Of a stretch of DNA of 64,000 bases, positions 48,459 through 60,739 are shown in pieces. This DNA is from Antedon mediterranea. Taxonomy: Eukaryota; Animalia; Echinodermata. The position numbers and the translations under genes are program-made. The notes under the pieces were generated by a model, which worked only from the letters and a program-made list of their open reading frames with translations, did not search any database and had not been told where the DNA came from. Each line of letters begins with the position of its first letter. Position 1 is the stretch's first letter. The stretch covers positions 3,896,201 through 3,960,200 of the forward strand of contig NC_092670.1 of the NCBI RefSeq assembly GCF_964355755.1. The letters run 5' to 3'.

Positions 48459-49687
48459 CACTAAAATCACCAACTCAAAAACTTTATGTTGGAATTTTAC
48501 TGTTTATTCTTTATTTTGCATGAAGAATATGTCTTAAATGTAGTATTGTGCACAATATATTTATTTATTATCATTAGACAAAATAATTAGTATGGAATGC
48601 CAAAAGTGCCATGGTAACCACAATACTGACTGAATAAGGCATTTGCTATGTTACAGCACCAACATTTAATTATTTCTATAACTTGTTGATCGACTCAAAG
48701 TTCACTTTTTCGTCTTCAAAAAGATATTTTCCTAGTGATAGTTGTATTGAATCTTTCTGGATAAAGTTTGTAAAGTGTGCAATATCTTCCTCTTGTCTGC
48801 TTCGTAATTTATCAACTGTTTTCTTTCTTATCATCTGTTTGCTTCTCTGGCATGGTCTAAAAGGTGAAATAGATTATTTACACCTGCCTAAATAACATTC
48901 TCAGTATTCCAGTTCCTGCTGGTCTCTATTGATCTAAACAATATAAAGTACAATACTGAACCTACATAAATACCACAACTATGGTATTTGATAAAATGTG
49001 TGATAATACATAAATAAAGTAATGATCAAGAGCCTTTATTGAAGTATAGTGTTCTGGATCACTGAATTTAAAATCGTAATGACGTGAAAGTTTACTATGC
49101 ATATCAGTTAAAACTAATCTAATGATGCACATACAGTACACCAACAAGGTCTGCACACAAAAATTAATGCTTGTTTTCTTGTTGACAAATATTAACTTCT
49201 GAAACCACACTAACAGTTTAAGGTATTTTGCATTTTATTTATTAAATAATTGCTTGAAACTAATAACTACATTTGTACACATATAGTTGTACTATGCAAT
49301 GCCCAGCAAGCAGAAATCAATTGTTATAACAGGAAATAGTAGAGATTGGAAAAACCAACTTGGGCGTGTACACTAATAGCATACAGTAGGCCTACATGAA
49401 AATAGGATTTTATTTTATCGATAAACTTTAACAAATGCATTTATGTTTTATGTTAATATGTACAGTAGGCCTAATATAATTTATCTCTATTATTATATCA
49501 TTTGTACTATATATTAATTGAATTTGTTTAAAAATACATTCTTCAACAAAGGAAAATAGTTATTACAGAGTAAAATATATATATATGTGCCTTATAAGTC
49601 AGATACCAGGTATTGTTTATTAAACCAGAGGAGGATCACATGACTGTTATGAAGTTTTACTATCTTGCAGGATCAATTTGTTTTAAA

Positions 49688-51805
49688 ATGGCTACAAGCA
49701 AATTAAATCAGTTTTTTCAAGATGTAGATGAAGACTTAGTATGTGCCATTTGCCAAGAAAGGTTCCATGATCCAAAAAGTCTCCCATGCCTACATAGCTT
49801 TTGCTTGTCATGTTTAGAGAACTGGGTAAAAACAAACAATGGCAAACTAACATGTCCATTTTGTTGCCAATCATATCATATTCCATATGGCGGGCTTAAG
49901 AAGCTTCCACCTAATAAATTTCTAAACAACATGTTAGAAAACATTGAAAAGTTTCAGAAGAAAGATAACATAAAATGTGTTTGTGTTTGTGGAACAACAG
50001 AACAGGCTACACATTACTGTAAAGAATGCAGACATTACTTGTGTTCTGCATGTAGTAAACATCACAAGATTTTGCCAATGTCTTCAAGTCATACGCTACT
50101 TGCTGCAGAGAAAGTGCAGTCAATGACGCCACAACAACTTGCAGCATTAAACCCACCATTGTGTTCTTCTCACAACAAACCACTAGAGCTATACTGTACA
50201 AAATGTAAAGAACCAATATGCATGCAATGTGCCATAATAACACATCCTGCAGTAGATCACAAACCAATTGAAATTGAGAAAGCATTTACATCTTTTAAAG
50301 AATCTGCACAACAATTGAAATCCGCAGCCCATCATTACAATGCTAAACTAGAAAATGGACTCAAAGAGCTCAAAGAGAATGCTGAAAAACTAAAAGAAAG
50401 TAAAGAAACAAGTATCAAAGATATTAAAAATCAAGTTCAAGAAACAATACAAATCATCCAGAAAAAAGGAGATGAAATGATAAAAAAAGTTGATACAATT
50501 TATGAAATTGAAAAGAAAATAAATGATGAAGACATGAAGAACTTAAGGTCAATCACCTCTGAACTAAATACAAATGTGAGTTTTCTTAATCAGTCACTAC
50601 AGAGTGAACCAGCAACTGCTATGATGTCAAGTGAAATTGCATTGAATACATTTAAGGATCAAATGAATAATTCTGAAGAAATCAAACAAAATGACAATGG
50701 AAAAATTAACTTTTTTGGAAACAAACATCAAATTGATTTGTTAAACCAACATGATATTGGCATTGTAACTCAGATTAATGTAAAGGTACCGAAATATATC
50801 ATCCAAGGTGAAACACTTGTTGCCAAAATAAGACAAAAACATCAAGTTGGTTTTAATCAACTTACAGCAACCTGGGCACATTCAGAAGGAGAAACCAAAA
50901 TTGATCTTGTTAAAGAAGATAATGAGTATGTTATAAGAGCAGTATTTAGTACTACAGGACACGGTGAATTAAATGTGTATTTCAATGGGAAACCAATCAA
51001 ACAATCACCATTTAACATCAAGATTGAGAAGAAAGGACTAGTAAATGATTTCAAAGTTGATTGGAAGCCTACAGGAGTAGTGAAGTCTGATGATGGTTGC
51101 TTGCTGGTTTCATTTTACAACAATGCAATTTACAAGTACAAACAATCAGGAGAATGCATCAGCAAGATTACACTACCAAAAGGTGTGCACGTTTACAGAA
51201 TGTACAAAATGAATAACAACAACATAGCATTCAGTGATAATAAATGCATTCAACTATGTGATATGAATGGTCATGTGATCAAATCCATTGGTGATGATAC
51301 ATTGAAAACTTCACTAGGTATTCACATAGATGAGGCAACAAATGTTATTTATGTAGCAGAATGGAATACTACATGTGTGTTTATGTTTGACATCAATAGT
51401 GGTAAAAAACTGATGACGATAGGATCACAAGAAAAAGTAGAAAATGGGTACTATGATGTAACACTTACACAAACTGGGAAAGTGGTTGTAGTAGATCGGG
51501 ATAATGATCAAATTGTACTATATGATAAAGAAGAAAAATCATTTAGAGTACTTATCAAAACAGGTGATGAAGATGGCATGGTGATGGATCCACGTGGAGT
51601 TGTAGTTGATGAGGATGATAACATCATTGTATCAAGTAAAAACAAACTACAACTATTCAACAGTGATGGAAATTTTATCAAAAGGATTGATCAAGAGAAA
51701 GATGAACTTAATTATCCAAATCAGTTATGTATCATTTCATCAAACCCACGTAGAATTGCTGTAGCTAATTACAATGGCAGCAACATTAAAATATTCAATT
51801 ATTAA
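49688..51805 (+). CDS. TRIM-NHL E3 ligase paralogue 2, 705 aa
   Basis: Collinear with 40525-42642. Acceptor ttgcAG at 49670, then ATG 49688 (MATSKLNQFF). Donor AAG|GTATTT at 49222/49223. Confidence 0.93.
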   Translation: MATSKLNQFFQDVDEDLVCAICQERFHDPKSLPCLHSFCLSCLENWVKTNNGKLTCPFCCQSYHIPYGGLKKLPPNKFLNNMLENIEKFQKKDNIKCVCVCGTTEQATHYCKECRHYLCSACSKHHKILPMSSSHTLLAAEKVQSMTPQQLAALNPPLCSSHNKPLELYCTKCKEPICMQCAIITHPAVDHKPIEIEKAFTSFKESAQQLKSAAHHYNAKLENGLKELKENAEKLKESKETSIKDIKNQVQETIQIIQKKGDEMIKKVDTIYEIEKKINDEDMKNLRSITSELNTNVSFLNQSLQSEPATAMMSSEIALNTFKDQMNNSEEIKQNDNGKINFFGNKHQIDLLNQHDIGIVTQINVKVPKYIIQGETLVAKIRQKHQVGFNQLTATWAHSEGETKIDLVKEDNEYVIRAVFSTTGHGELNVYFNGKPIKQSPFNIKIEKKGLVNDFKVDWKPTGVVKSDDGCLLVSFYNNAIYKYKQSGECISKITLPKGVHVYRMYKMNNNNIAFSDNKCIQLCDMNGHVIKSIGDDTLKTSLGIHIDEATNVIYVAEWNTTCVFMFDINSGKKLMTIGSQEKVENGYYDVTLTQTGKVVVVDRDNDQIVLYDKEEKSFRVLIKTGDEDGMVMDPRGVVVDEDDNIIVSSKNKLQLFNSDGNFIKRIDQEKDELNYPNQLCIISSNPRRIAVANYNGSNIKIFNY

Positions 51806-51839
51806 GTTGTTCTCATATAAAAACTGCACATTAAGCTCA

Positions 51840-53697
51840 CTCACAGTGGTCGAACACGGACGTGTTCGAGCTATGTAGGCCTACTTCACTATTTTTCCTT
51901 GTTTTCGACTGAGCTGAATCTGGTCTACCTACAAATGTTGATGTTTATGATCTGTTTAAGACTGTGCTGTTGTTAATTTGACTGAAATGTGACTGTTTCG
52001 TGAGTATTTCTGTGCTTTTCTGTTACTCAAAAACACTAGCGTTGCACGTTAAATTTCAGGCTTCTGAAACGCCCGCTGTTGTGTCGTCAGGCATTCCAAA
52101 GATTCCAAGTACATACCACTGTACACACTACTCGCCAACGGATTTGGACTATCTCAACCAATATGCCTACCTTGCAGCAAACATATGAGGGTTTAATCAT
52201 CCTACTTTTATTTCTATTTCTACGGAAAAACATTTCTAATGTTCATTCAATGGGGAATACGATGTTTAATCACAAACATCCTCGAAAGTAACTACGCTCG
52301 TTACTGGATCAAGGCGTTTCTCAAGCCGGTCGGTGAGTTATTATTCTAACTATTCGTGCTGTGCATCTTTTCAGCCAAAATTAACTCAATTCGGAGATGT
52401 AGAATTAAACGCGGGTCCACCACAATCAACAACCCAGAATGTTAGTGGTAAAAATGGCGAACATCATATTAATATGTATTACTAGAACGTTAGTCTAAAA
52501 AACAAAATGGATATACTGCACTCAAGTATGCAGACACACATGTTAAACCACCTTTATGATATCGTTTCCTTCTCGGAGACCTGGTTAAAAGATTTTGTCA
52601 TTGATTCTGAAATCACGATTCCTGACTTTAGGGTCTACAAAGGAGATGGACGAGGTGGAGGAGGTGTTCTTATGTACATCTCAAATCGATTGACCAGTCG
52701 TAGATTATTTCACCTGAAAGACGATGTCAACAAAATAATATGAGCCGAAGTGATTATATCTCGATCTCTGAAATTACTAGTTGCCACTTACTATCGACCA
52801 CCTAATCTCAAACACGATTCTGTCGAACATTTCATCGAAACATTGGAGTCATCCATGAAGAGCTATCCAGACCATATGGTATACGAGATAAAAACTGGTC
52901 AAACTGTTTTCGATTCTGACTACGAATCAATATCTTTCATGCTCAAGTTTGACGATAACATTGCTTTGCTAATAATTTTACTAGATATCAATTTAATTAT
53001 AAAAAAGCAAACTTTGAAGAACTTAACGAAACTTTTAAAAGGGTCCCTTGGGAAGTCCTATTTGATTTTAGTACCTGGGGTGTATCGATGTCGCCCTGAG
53101 GTAAACGCTGATGTCCTGAACAACATCATTATTCGGCAGGATGAAGTTGACCAGATCTTGAGGTCGCTCGACGTGCGCAAGGCAATGACCCTATTAGCAA
53201 CAAAATTCTAAAGTTCTGTTCTACCTCCTTGTCCTTTTCAGTCACACGCATATTTCCTCTCTCTCTCTCTACAGACTGGTGTTTTCCCTGAAAGATGGAA
53301 AACCGCCAACGTTGTACCCATACACAAAGCTAATTAAAGACTTAACGTTACTAATTACAGACCCATCTCATAACTCCCCACTATATCAAAGTTTTTCGAA
53401 CGCCTGGTCCACAAGCAACTCTTGAACCACGTTTCCTCCACATCGCTACTGAACAACATGGCTTCATGTCCGGTAGATCGTTTGAGACCAATGTGGCCAC
53501 GCTTATATCTACCGTATATGAAGCCATATAGCATAGACATCAATGCGGTATTGTTTACACAGATTTTACTAAAGCTTTTGATAGAATACCACATAATCTT
53601 TTTCTTTTCAAACTCAAGCAATTTGGAATCTATGGTAATCTTCATGCTTGGTTCAAGAGTTACTTGTATGGGAGACTCCCCAGAGAGTGGGTTTTGA
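51840..53697 (+). mobile_element. Decayed CR1/L2-type LINE: 2A-like motif, APE endonuclease and RT N-terminus
   Basis: GDVELNAGP (52393-52419); DIVSFSETWL..GGGGVLMYI; VATYYRPPN; WKTANVVPIHK..NYRPISITPTISKFFERLV. Many stops and frameshifts. Confidence 0.85.
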
Positions 53698-54959
53698 CGC
53701 ACGCTCCCTTCCTATAAAGCTGGAGAAAAAAAATTATCCTACCATAAGGTAAAAAAATTTGGGGGGAAAAAGCGTAAGAAATAGTACTTTCACTTTTGAT
53801 TAAAACACATTGTTTCAGCGCCGGGCTAATTTACTTTTTATTAGAGGTCACCATTGCCGCTGTCTGAAAATTTCTATGAGTTGCGAAATGAATTGCCTAT
53901 TTTCACCTGAAAAATAAACGCATTTTGGTCGCATTTGGTGTATCGCCCATACTCAGGGCACGAACGATTCGTACAAAGGACACCGCCATACAACCGCGTA
54001 GGCCTACCTATTGTTTAGATCGCTGGCAGTCAGCAAGCATACATAAAAGTGTATATACGCAAAAAATGGAACGCCGTGGTTACCTACAGATCATAATCAT
54101 AGAGGATATGTTAATAATAATATAGTACACTAACTGTGGTAACTATGTACTGTAGTAGGCTATAGCAACCGATTTTTTTTCTAGGCCACCCACCCAACTG
54201 TATCAATACCTTAATGGACGTCTCCCTGGTCCTTTTGTATATTTTTTGCTTTGTATTTTTTTTTCTTTTGGATCAAATAAACTGATTTGTGACTTGTTAC
54301 TTGTGTGACTTATATTTATATATTAATTTCTTCAACAAATTGATGTAAATAAATATTGAGCTATAATAAGCATTCAATTTTGAGTTGAACTTGAACGCAA
54401 CGCAATCAAAACTAAATACTGAGTGAATGAAATCGGCAACAAAATGTTATATCGTCCTGTAATGAGTCACATGTGTTTATTGGAGGGAAAAGGTACCATT
54501 TCCGGCCATCTGGGGCGTCATTTAACAAAATTCGCTTCGCCACAGGTCCTGTCGACGGCCCTGGACAAGCACCTTTTCCGCCATGAAAACGCTGACTTGC
54601 GCGAAACGCCCTGTTGTGACGCTTTTACTCAAAATAGGCCTGTGGGGAAAATGTCACCCATTAATAGGCTAGTACCTCAGTTTTCATATTTAAAATATCA
54701 ATTTTTAATACATTTATTAACGTGAGAGTGCCATTTCCGACCATCTAGAGGTGTTATATTTTCAAAATCGCCTCAACTCAGCCCCACCATGGTTGGTGTG
54801 GACTCTCTGCAGTTGCAGCGCCCTTCCCCCTTTCACAAAATCCTTGATCCGCCCCTGAGTGAAGTGAGTGTTTAAAAAGCAGAAAAATCCCACAATAATT
54901 TTTTCAAGTAACATAACCTCTTATTTGAGGAAATCCTCCATAGGCCTACTAAAACTTCA

Positions 54960-56140
54960 ATTCAACTGGAATTTTTAGCCTTGCTTCATATGCACCTTAG
55001 CCACTTCCAGCACCTCATTCTCTTCAATGTATCTACAAAAACCTATTCATCTAACCTGGTATTATGAGCCATTGTTTCATATGCACCTTAGCCACATCCA
55101 ACACCTTTATTCTCTTCAGCTAACGTACTACAAGACCTATCGAGCTTTCAAGTTTTTAAATATGGATGGGTTTCTTCGTTTATATAAAGCTATTATTCGT
55201 CCGACCTTGGAATACTGCAACGTTGTTTTTAACTCGCTACATTGCCAGGAGGAAGACCTATTGGAAAAAGTCCAAGAACGTGCCACCAAGCTTATTTTTT
55301 CCATTCGTCATTTACCTTATTCAGAAAGGCTGAAAATTCTCAACCTACCTACTCTCGCATACAGAAGGCAAAGAGCTCATTTGATACAGATTTTTAAAAT
55401 TTTACATGGAGTGGATAGTATTTCTGCTGATTCTTTTTTTGAGCGTGATGAAGATGTTAGAACAAGTGGTCATTCTTTTAAATTAAAATTTAAGTTCTCA
55501 CGCACAAATTGTATGAGGGACTCATTTGGTCGAAAAGCTATTATATTATGGAATTCGTTATCGGAGGATGTAGTAGCTTCAAGATCAACCAATCAATTTA
55601 AGTCCGGTCTTGAACGGGCATGGTTCAACCACCCTCTTAAATTTGCGCCATATTCAAGAGTTGATGTAATTATCAAGAGGGGCTTATAGGCATAGCCTAG
55701 CCTCGACTCCGGACCCAGCATAGCTGAGCTCCGGAAACAAGTAAGTAAACAAGTAAGTATTCAACTAACCTGGTATTTTGAGCCATTGTTGTATATGCAC
55801 CTTAGCCAAATCCAGCACCTCATTCTGTTCAGCTAATGTATCTACAAAACCTATTTAACTAACCTGGGATTCTGAGCCATTGTTTCATATGCACCTTAGC
55901 CAAATCCAGCACCTCATTCTGTTCAGCTAATGTATCTACAAAACCTATTTAACTAACCTGGGATTCTGAGCCATTGTTTCATATGCACCTTACTTAGCCA
56001 CATCCAACACCTTATTCTCTTCAGCTAATATATCTACAAGACCTATTCAACTTACCTGGTATGTTGTGCCATTGTTTCATATGCACCTTACTTAGCCACA
56101 TCCAACCCCAACACATCTTCAGCTAATGTATCTACAAGAC
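54960..56140 (-). repeat. ~94-98 bp minisatellite derived from the 3' part of an ECI1 exon plus its splice donor; about six units, split by a LINE
   Basis: Unit tattcaactaacctggtattttgagccattgtt..tatgcaccttagcc..cagctaatgtatctacaa starts at ~55758, 55852, 55946 and 56044, with two more units at 54960-55140. Confidence 0.85.
55141..55758 (+). mobile_element. CR1 LINE 3' fragment (ORF2 C-terminus, 3'UTR, AAGT-type tail); shorter copy at 56377-56636
   Basis: LYKAIIRPTLEYC..LLEKVQERATK..YSERLKILNLPTL.YRR.R..LIQIFKI..RTSGHSFKL..LWNSL; tail aaacaagtaagtaaacaagtaagt. Confidence 0.88.
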
Positions 56141-59100
56141 AAATTTTCAAGGCTTCATCTGATGAATATAACTTGCCTAGACCAAAAAATATTATAGTTT
56201 TTCGAAAATGTCCATAAAATGTATATTTAAAAATCTAAAAGAACACAATTCAATAAATTATGTGTATAGTAATTTGAACACAGAAACATAAACACTAGAA
56301 AGTAACTAAAAGACAAAGATGTTTGTTGACATTCTGTGTTCTATAGAGGGAGCACTTTCGTTATACACAAGTTATATTTAAGTTCTCACGCACAAATTGG
56401 ATGAGGGACTCATTTGGTCGAAAAGCTATTATATTATGGAATTCGTTGTCGGAGGATGTAGTAGCTTCAAGATCAACCAATCAATTTAAGTCCGGTCTTG
56501 AACGGGCATGGTCCAACCACCCTCTTAAATTTGCGCCATATTCAAGAGTTGATGTAATTATCAAGAGGGGCTTATAGGCATAGCCTAGCCTCGACTCCGG
56601 ATCCAGCATTGCTGAGCTCCGAAAACAAGTAAACAAGACTTTTTTTTGTCTTGTGTGGGGTCGTCCCACTTTTATTATAATTCTATAAAAATAAAGGTAC
56701 ATTTGTAATAATTAATTATTTGTATGAATATTTCTCTTTCTATTGTATATTACTAAGATTGTTACAGTGTTTAATGTAGGCATATTTACATAAAAGGTGA
56801 TTGATTTCAATATAAAACCATATACTTTCATTTACAATTTTAAAGAAGATGTTAATTAAAATATAAAGATAAAACATGGTAATAAAAGTCTATGAACTGT
56901 CATTAAAATTTTACTTTAAAATCTTGTTCATGTTCGGGTAGAGAGGCTATAAACTTAAAGGAGGAATATAAAATATCCTCCCTTTTCACCAAGACAAAAA
57001 GGATGAGATGAAAAAAGAGGAATGCAAAAGTTTGAAAACTAGATAATATGGATGATAGCATGGAATGATATATTTAAATGAAAACCGTAAGATTAGAGTC
57101 CATACACTATGCAAGTCCAAGATGCCAATTTGGCTCTGTGTGTATGTGAGACGCTTCATACCGATGTCATCTTACTATAATACACAAGGAAGACTTATAA
57201 ACTAGACACTTTTTGAAAAAATGCATTTAAAAAAGGGTACATCAAAGAGTGTATCTACTATAATCTACTATTTGTCGAATATTATTATTATATATATATA
57301 TATAAATATTAATGAGTATGACTATTTATATAATAAGAACACGCACTTGAATGTATTCGATTTGTGGAGGGCTTGCTGTAATTTGAGCAAAAATTGAACA
57401 CTCCAAGTTCTTAAGATGAGTTGGTATTACTATGCCATTGTTTTGTAAATCCAATCGAACAACACTAACCTAAATGTAAAGACATTTCCGTATGTCTGTG
57501 TCCAATCATGGTCATTACATCCATAAACCAGAACGGTGCAACAATACCCTGCAAAATAAATGTATTCTATTTGTTATTTATAACATAGTTAGCAATTGCT
57601 TATAATAAATTCAAACATGGTCCCAGAAAGAAAACACAAGATGTGCTTTACAAACAGCTCTTGTCATGATCTAGTCAATGCTACAGAAATCCACAATGGC
57701 ACATTGTAACAATATCATAGTGTGAATATAATACAATGCAATAGAATAGTTCAATAGAAAATAAATGTTTTTATTAGCTTACCAATGTTTTGTTGAACCC
57801 GATTGACATGACATTGCAGTAAGTACTTTGCTGCTGGACTATGTCTCTGAAAGATGCAAATGATTAAAGCTGATAATGGAATGTATAATTGTAATTAAAG
57901 AACGTACAAGACAATGCGATGAAACATGGAAAGGATTCTATTTTAAAATTAACATCATCTCAACTAGATACTTACATTATAACTGCAATGTGGTAATAAG
58001 GCATTACCTACTGCAATCGCAACTACATATATAAATGTTATGCTAGAAAGTGACAGTAGTCCAACTTGATTGCAATGGGAATTATTCAAATAAAAAATAA
58101 GGAAAATGTAAGATACTGTATATTATATCTATTATAATAACATATAGTAAACAGTGCTTGATATTAACATCAAGAATGGGCCATCAAAAAGTAAATCAAC
58201 ACAATAATGTTTAGAGTGATATGCAATGATGTTAGTCATCCCCTTAACTCGGACATTGCCGACTGCCTTATGGAACGTAGTGGTAGACTGAGGCCGCCAC
58301 GGGGATCCACTGAACGCCATCGTCTCTCCTTCCTCCCAAGGGGCATACGAGAAAATAATGAAAGATTTCAAAGATAGGGGAATTTATTACGAATACACTA
58401 TTTTTGTTATTATTATTATCACACTTATGTATTAGGCCTATCATTTCTCTTTTCTTTATGGCATTGTTATAAGACAGCAACACAATTTCCTAAGTTGGGA
58501 TAAAAAAAGTTTCCTTGTATCCTTGTATCATGGTTGCATCAATGTTGTAATTGATTATATTTTTGATAGGAATCTGGTATGAAATAATATTTAATATCTA
58601 GCTATGCAAAGAATAAACAAATTAATTATTTGTAAGTACGTACCAAAAAAATCACCAGTATTCTAACTCTAAAACTTTATGAAGAAATTTTACTGTTTAT
58701 TCTCTATTTTGCATGAAGGATAAGTCTTAAATGTAGTATTGTGCACAGTATATTTATTTATTGTCATTAGACAAAATAATTAGTATGGAATGCCATAAGT
58801 GCCATAGTAATCACAATACCAGTGACTGAATAAGGCATTTGCTATGCAACAATATTAACTATTTCTATAACTTGATGTCAAAACAAAAACTTGCAACAAG
58901 TCGATCAACTCAGTTCAATTTTTCTTCTTCAAACTTAAAGATATTTTGGATTGAATCTTTCTGGAAAAAGTTTGTAAAGTGTGCAATATCTTCTTCTTGT
59001 CGGCTTCATAATTTATCAATTGTTTTCTTCTTCATCATCTGTTTGCTTATTTCTCTAGCATCGTCTGAAAGGGAAAAAAAGTAAATTAATTCAGCGTTAA

Positions 59101-60739
59101 AAGTATAATTTATTACAATTTCAAAAAGCATTGAAGCATAAATTATTAAAATATTTACACACATCTACATACTATTCTGTATTTTAGTTCCTGCACTGGC
59201 CTAAAGTAACGAATAGTTTTTATTGAAGATTGGTGTTCTAAATCACTGATTTTGAAATCGTAATGACGTGACGATTTGGAATAAAGGTTAACTGCTTTAA
59301 AATGGCTACAAGCAAATTAAATCAGTTTGTTCAAGATGTAGATGAGAACTTAGTATGTGCCATTTGCCAGGAGAGGTTTCAACATCCCAAAAGTCTTCAA
59401 TGCCTACATAGCTTTTGTTTGTCATGTTTCGAGAACTGGGTAAAAACAAATAATGGCAAACTAACATGTCCAAAAGAAAATACATTTCTAAGTAACATGT
59501 TAGAAAACATTGAAAAGTTTCAGAAGAAAGGTAACATAACATGTATTTGTGGAACAAAAGAACAGGCAACACATTACTGTAAAGAATGCAGACATTACTT
59601 GTGTTCCACATGTAGTAAACATCACAAAATGTTGCCAATAACTGCAAGTTATACGCTACTTGCTGCAGAGGAAATGCAATCAATGACGCCACAACAACTT
59701 GTAGCATTAAACCCGCCGTTGTGTTCTACTCACAACAAACCACTAGAGCTATACTGTACAAAATGTAAAGATCCAATATGCATCCACTGTGCAGTAACAG
59801 AACATCAATCAGTGCAGTGGACCATCATAAAACAATAGACCTTGAGAAAGCATTTACATCTTTTAAGAATCTGCACAACAACTGAAATCCGCAGCCCATC
59901 ATTACAATGCTAAACTAAAAAATGGACTCAAGGAGCTCACAGAGAATGCTGAAAAACTAAAAGAAAGTAAAGAAACAAGTATCAAAGATATTAAAAATCA
60001 AGTTCAAGAAACAATACAAATAATCCAGAAAAAAGGAGATGAAATGATAAAAAAAGTTGACACAATCTATGAAAATGAAAAGAAAATTAATTATGTAGAA
60101 ATGAAGAAATTAAGGTCAATCACCTCTAAACTAAACACAAGTGTGAGTTTCCTTAATCAGTCCCTACAGAGTGAACCAGCAACTGCTATGTTGTCAAGTG
60201 AGACTGCATTGAATACACTGAAAGAGCAAATGAATCATTCTAAAGAAACAAACAAAATAATAATGGACAAATTAACTTCTTTGGAAACAAACATCAAATT
60301 GATTTGTTAAACCAACATGATATTGGGATTGTAACTCAAATTAATGTAAATGTACCGGAATATGTTAATGAAGGTGAAACACTTGTTGCAAAAATAAGAC
60401 AAAAACATCACGTTGGTCCTAATCAACTTACAGCAACATGGACGGTATCAACTGGAGAAATCAACATTGATCTTGTTAAAGAAGATAATGAGTATGTTAT
60501 AAGAGCAGTATTTGTGGATTCAGGATTCTGTACATTAAATGTGTATTTCAATGGAAAAAAAATTAAACAATCACCATTTACTATCAATATAGAGAAGAAA
60601 GGACTGGTAAATGATTTTAAAGTTGACATGGTGCCTACAGGAATAGTGAAGTGTGATGATGATTGCTTGCTGGTTTCATTTGACACAAATGAAATTTGCA
60701 AGTACAAAACAATCAGAATGCATCAGCAAGATTACACTA

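Larger units (their letters stand above)
48676..57846 (-). pseudogene. ECI1: ECI1-like 3' gene fragment, unit 2: exons 57846-57783, 57548-57470, 56176-56056 and 48856-48676
   Basis: Exons read ..MSC..IGFNKTL | GIVAPFWFMDVMTMIGHRHTEMSLHL | GKLYSSDEALKICLVDTLAE..VAK(+4nt)VHMKQWHNIP | DHARE(-4nt)SKQMIRKKTVDKLRSRQEEDIAHFTNFIQKDSIQLSLGKYL. Splice sites are canonical and intron phases consistent. Confidence 0.85.

Noticed and set aside
48683-48895. Inverted copy of the TRIM coiled-coil region upstream of each TRIM
   Set aside because: The resemblance is limited to a Lys-rich patch; the segment has an acceptor and translates as the ECI1 last exon.
49613-49687. 25-aa N-terminal extension of TRIM2 (likewise 17112-17138 and 29571-29633 for the APOLs)
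   Set aside because: These lie across splice acceptors; paralogue alignment puts the start at the post-acceptor ATG.
55027-55689. 220-aa ORF as a host gene
   Set aside because: Chance fusion of antisense minisatellite sequence with a CR1 ORF2 3' fragment.
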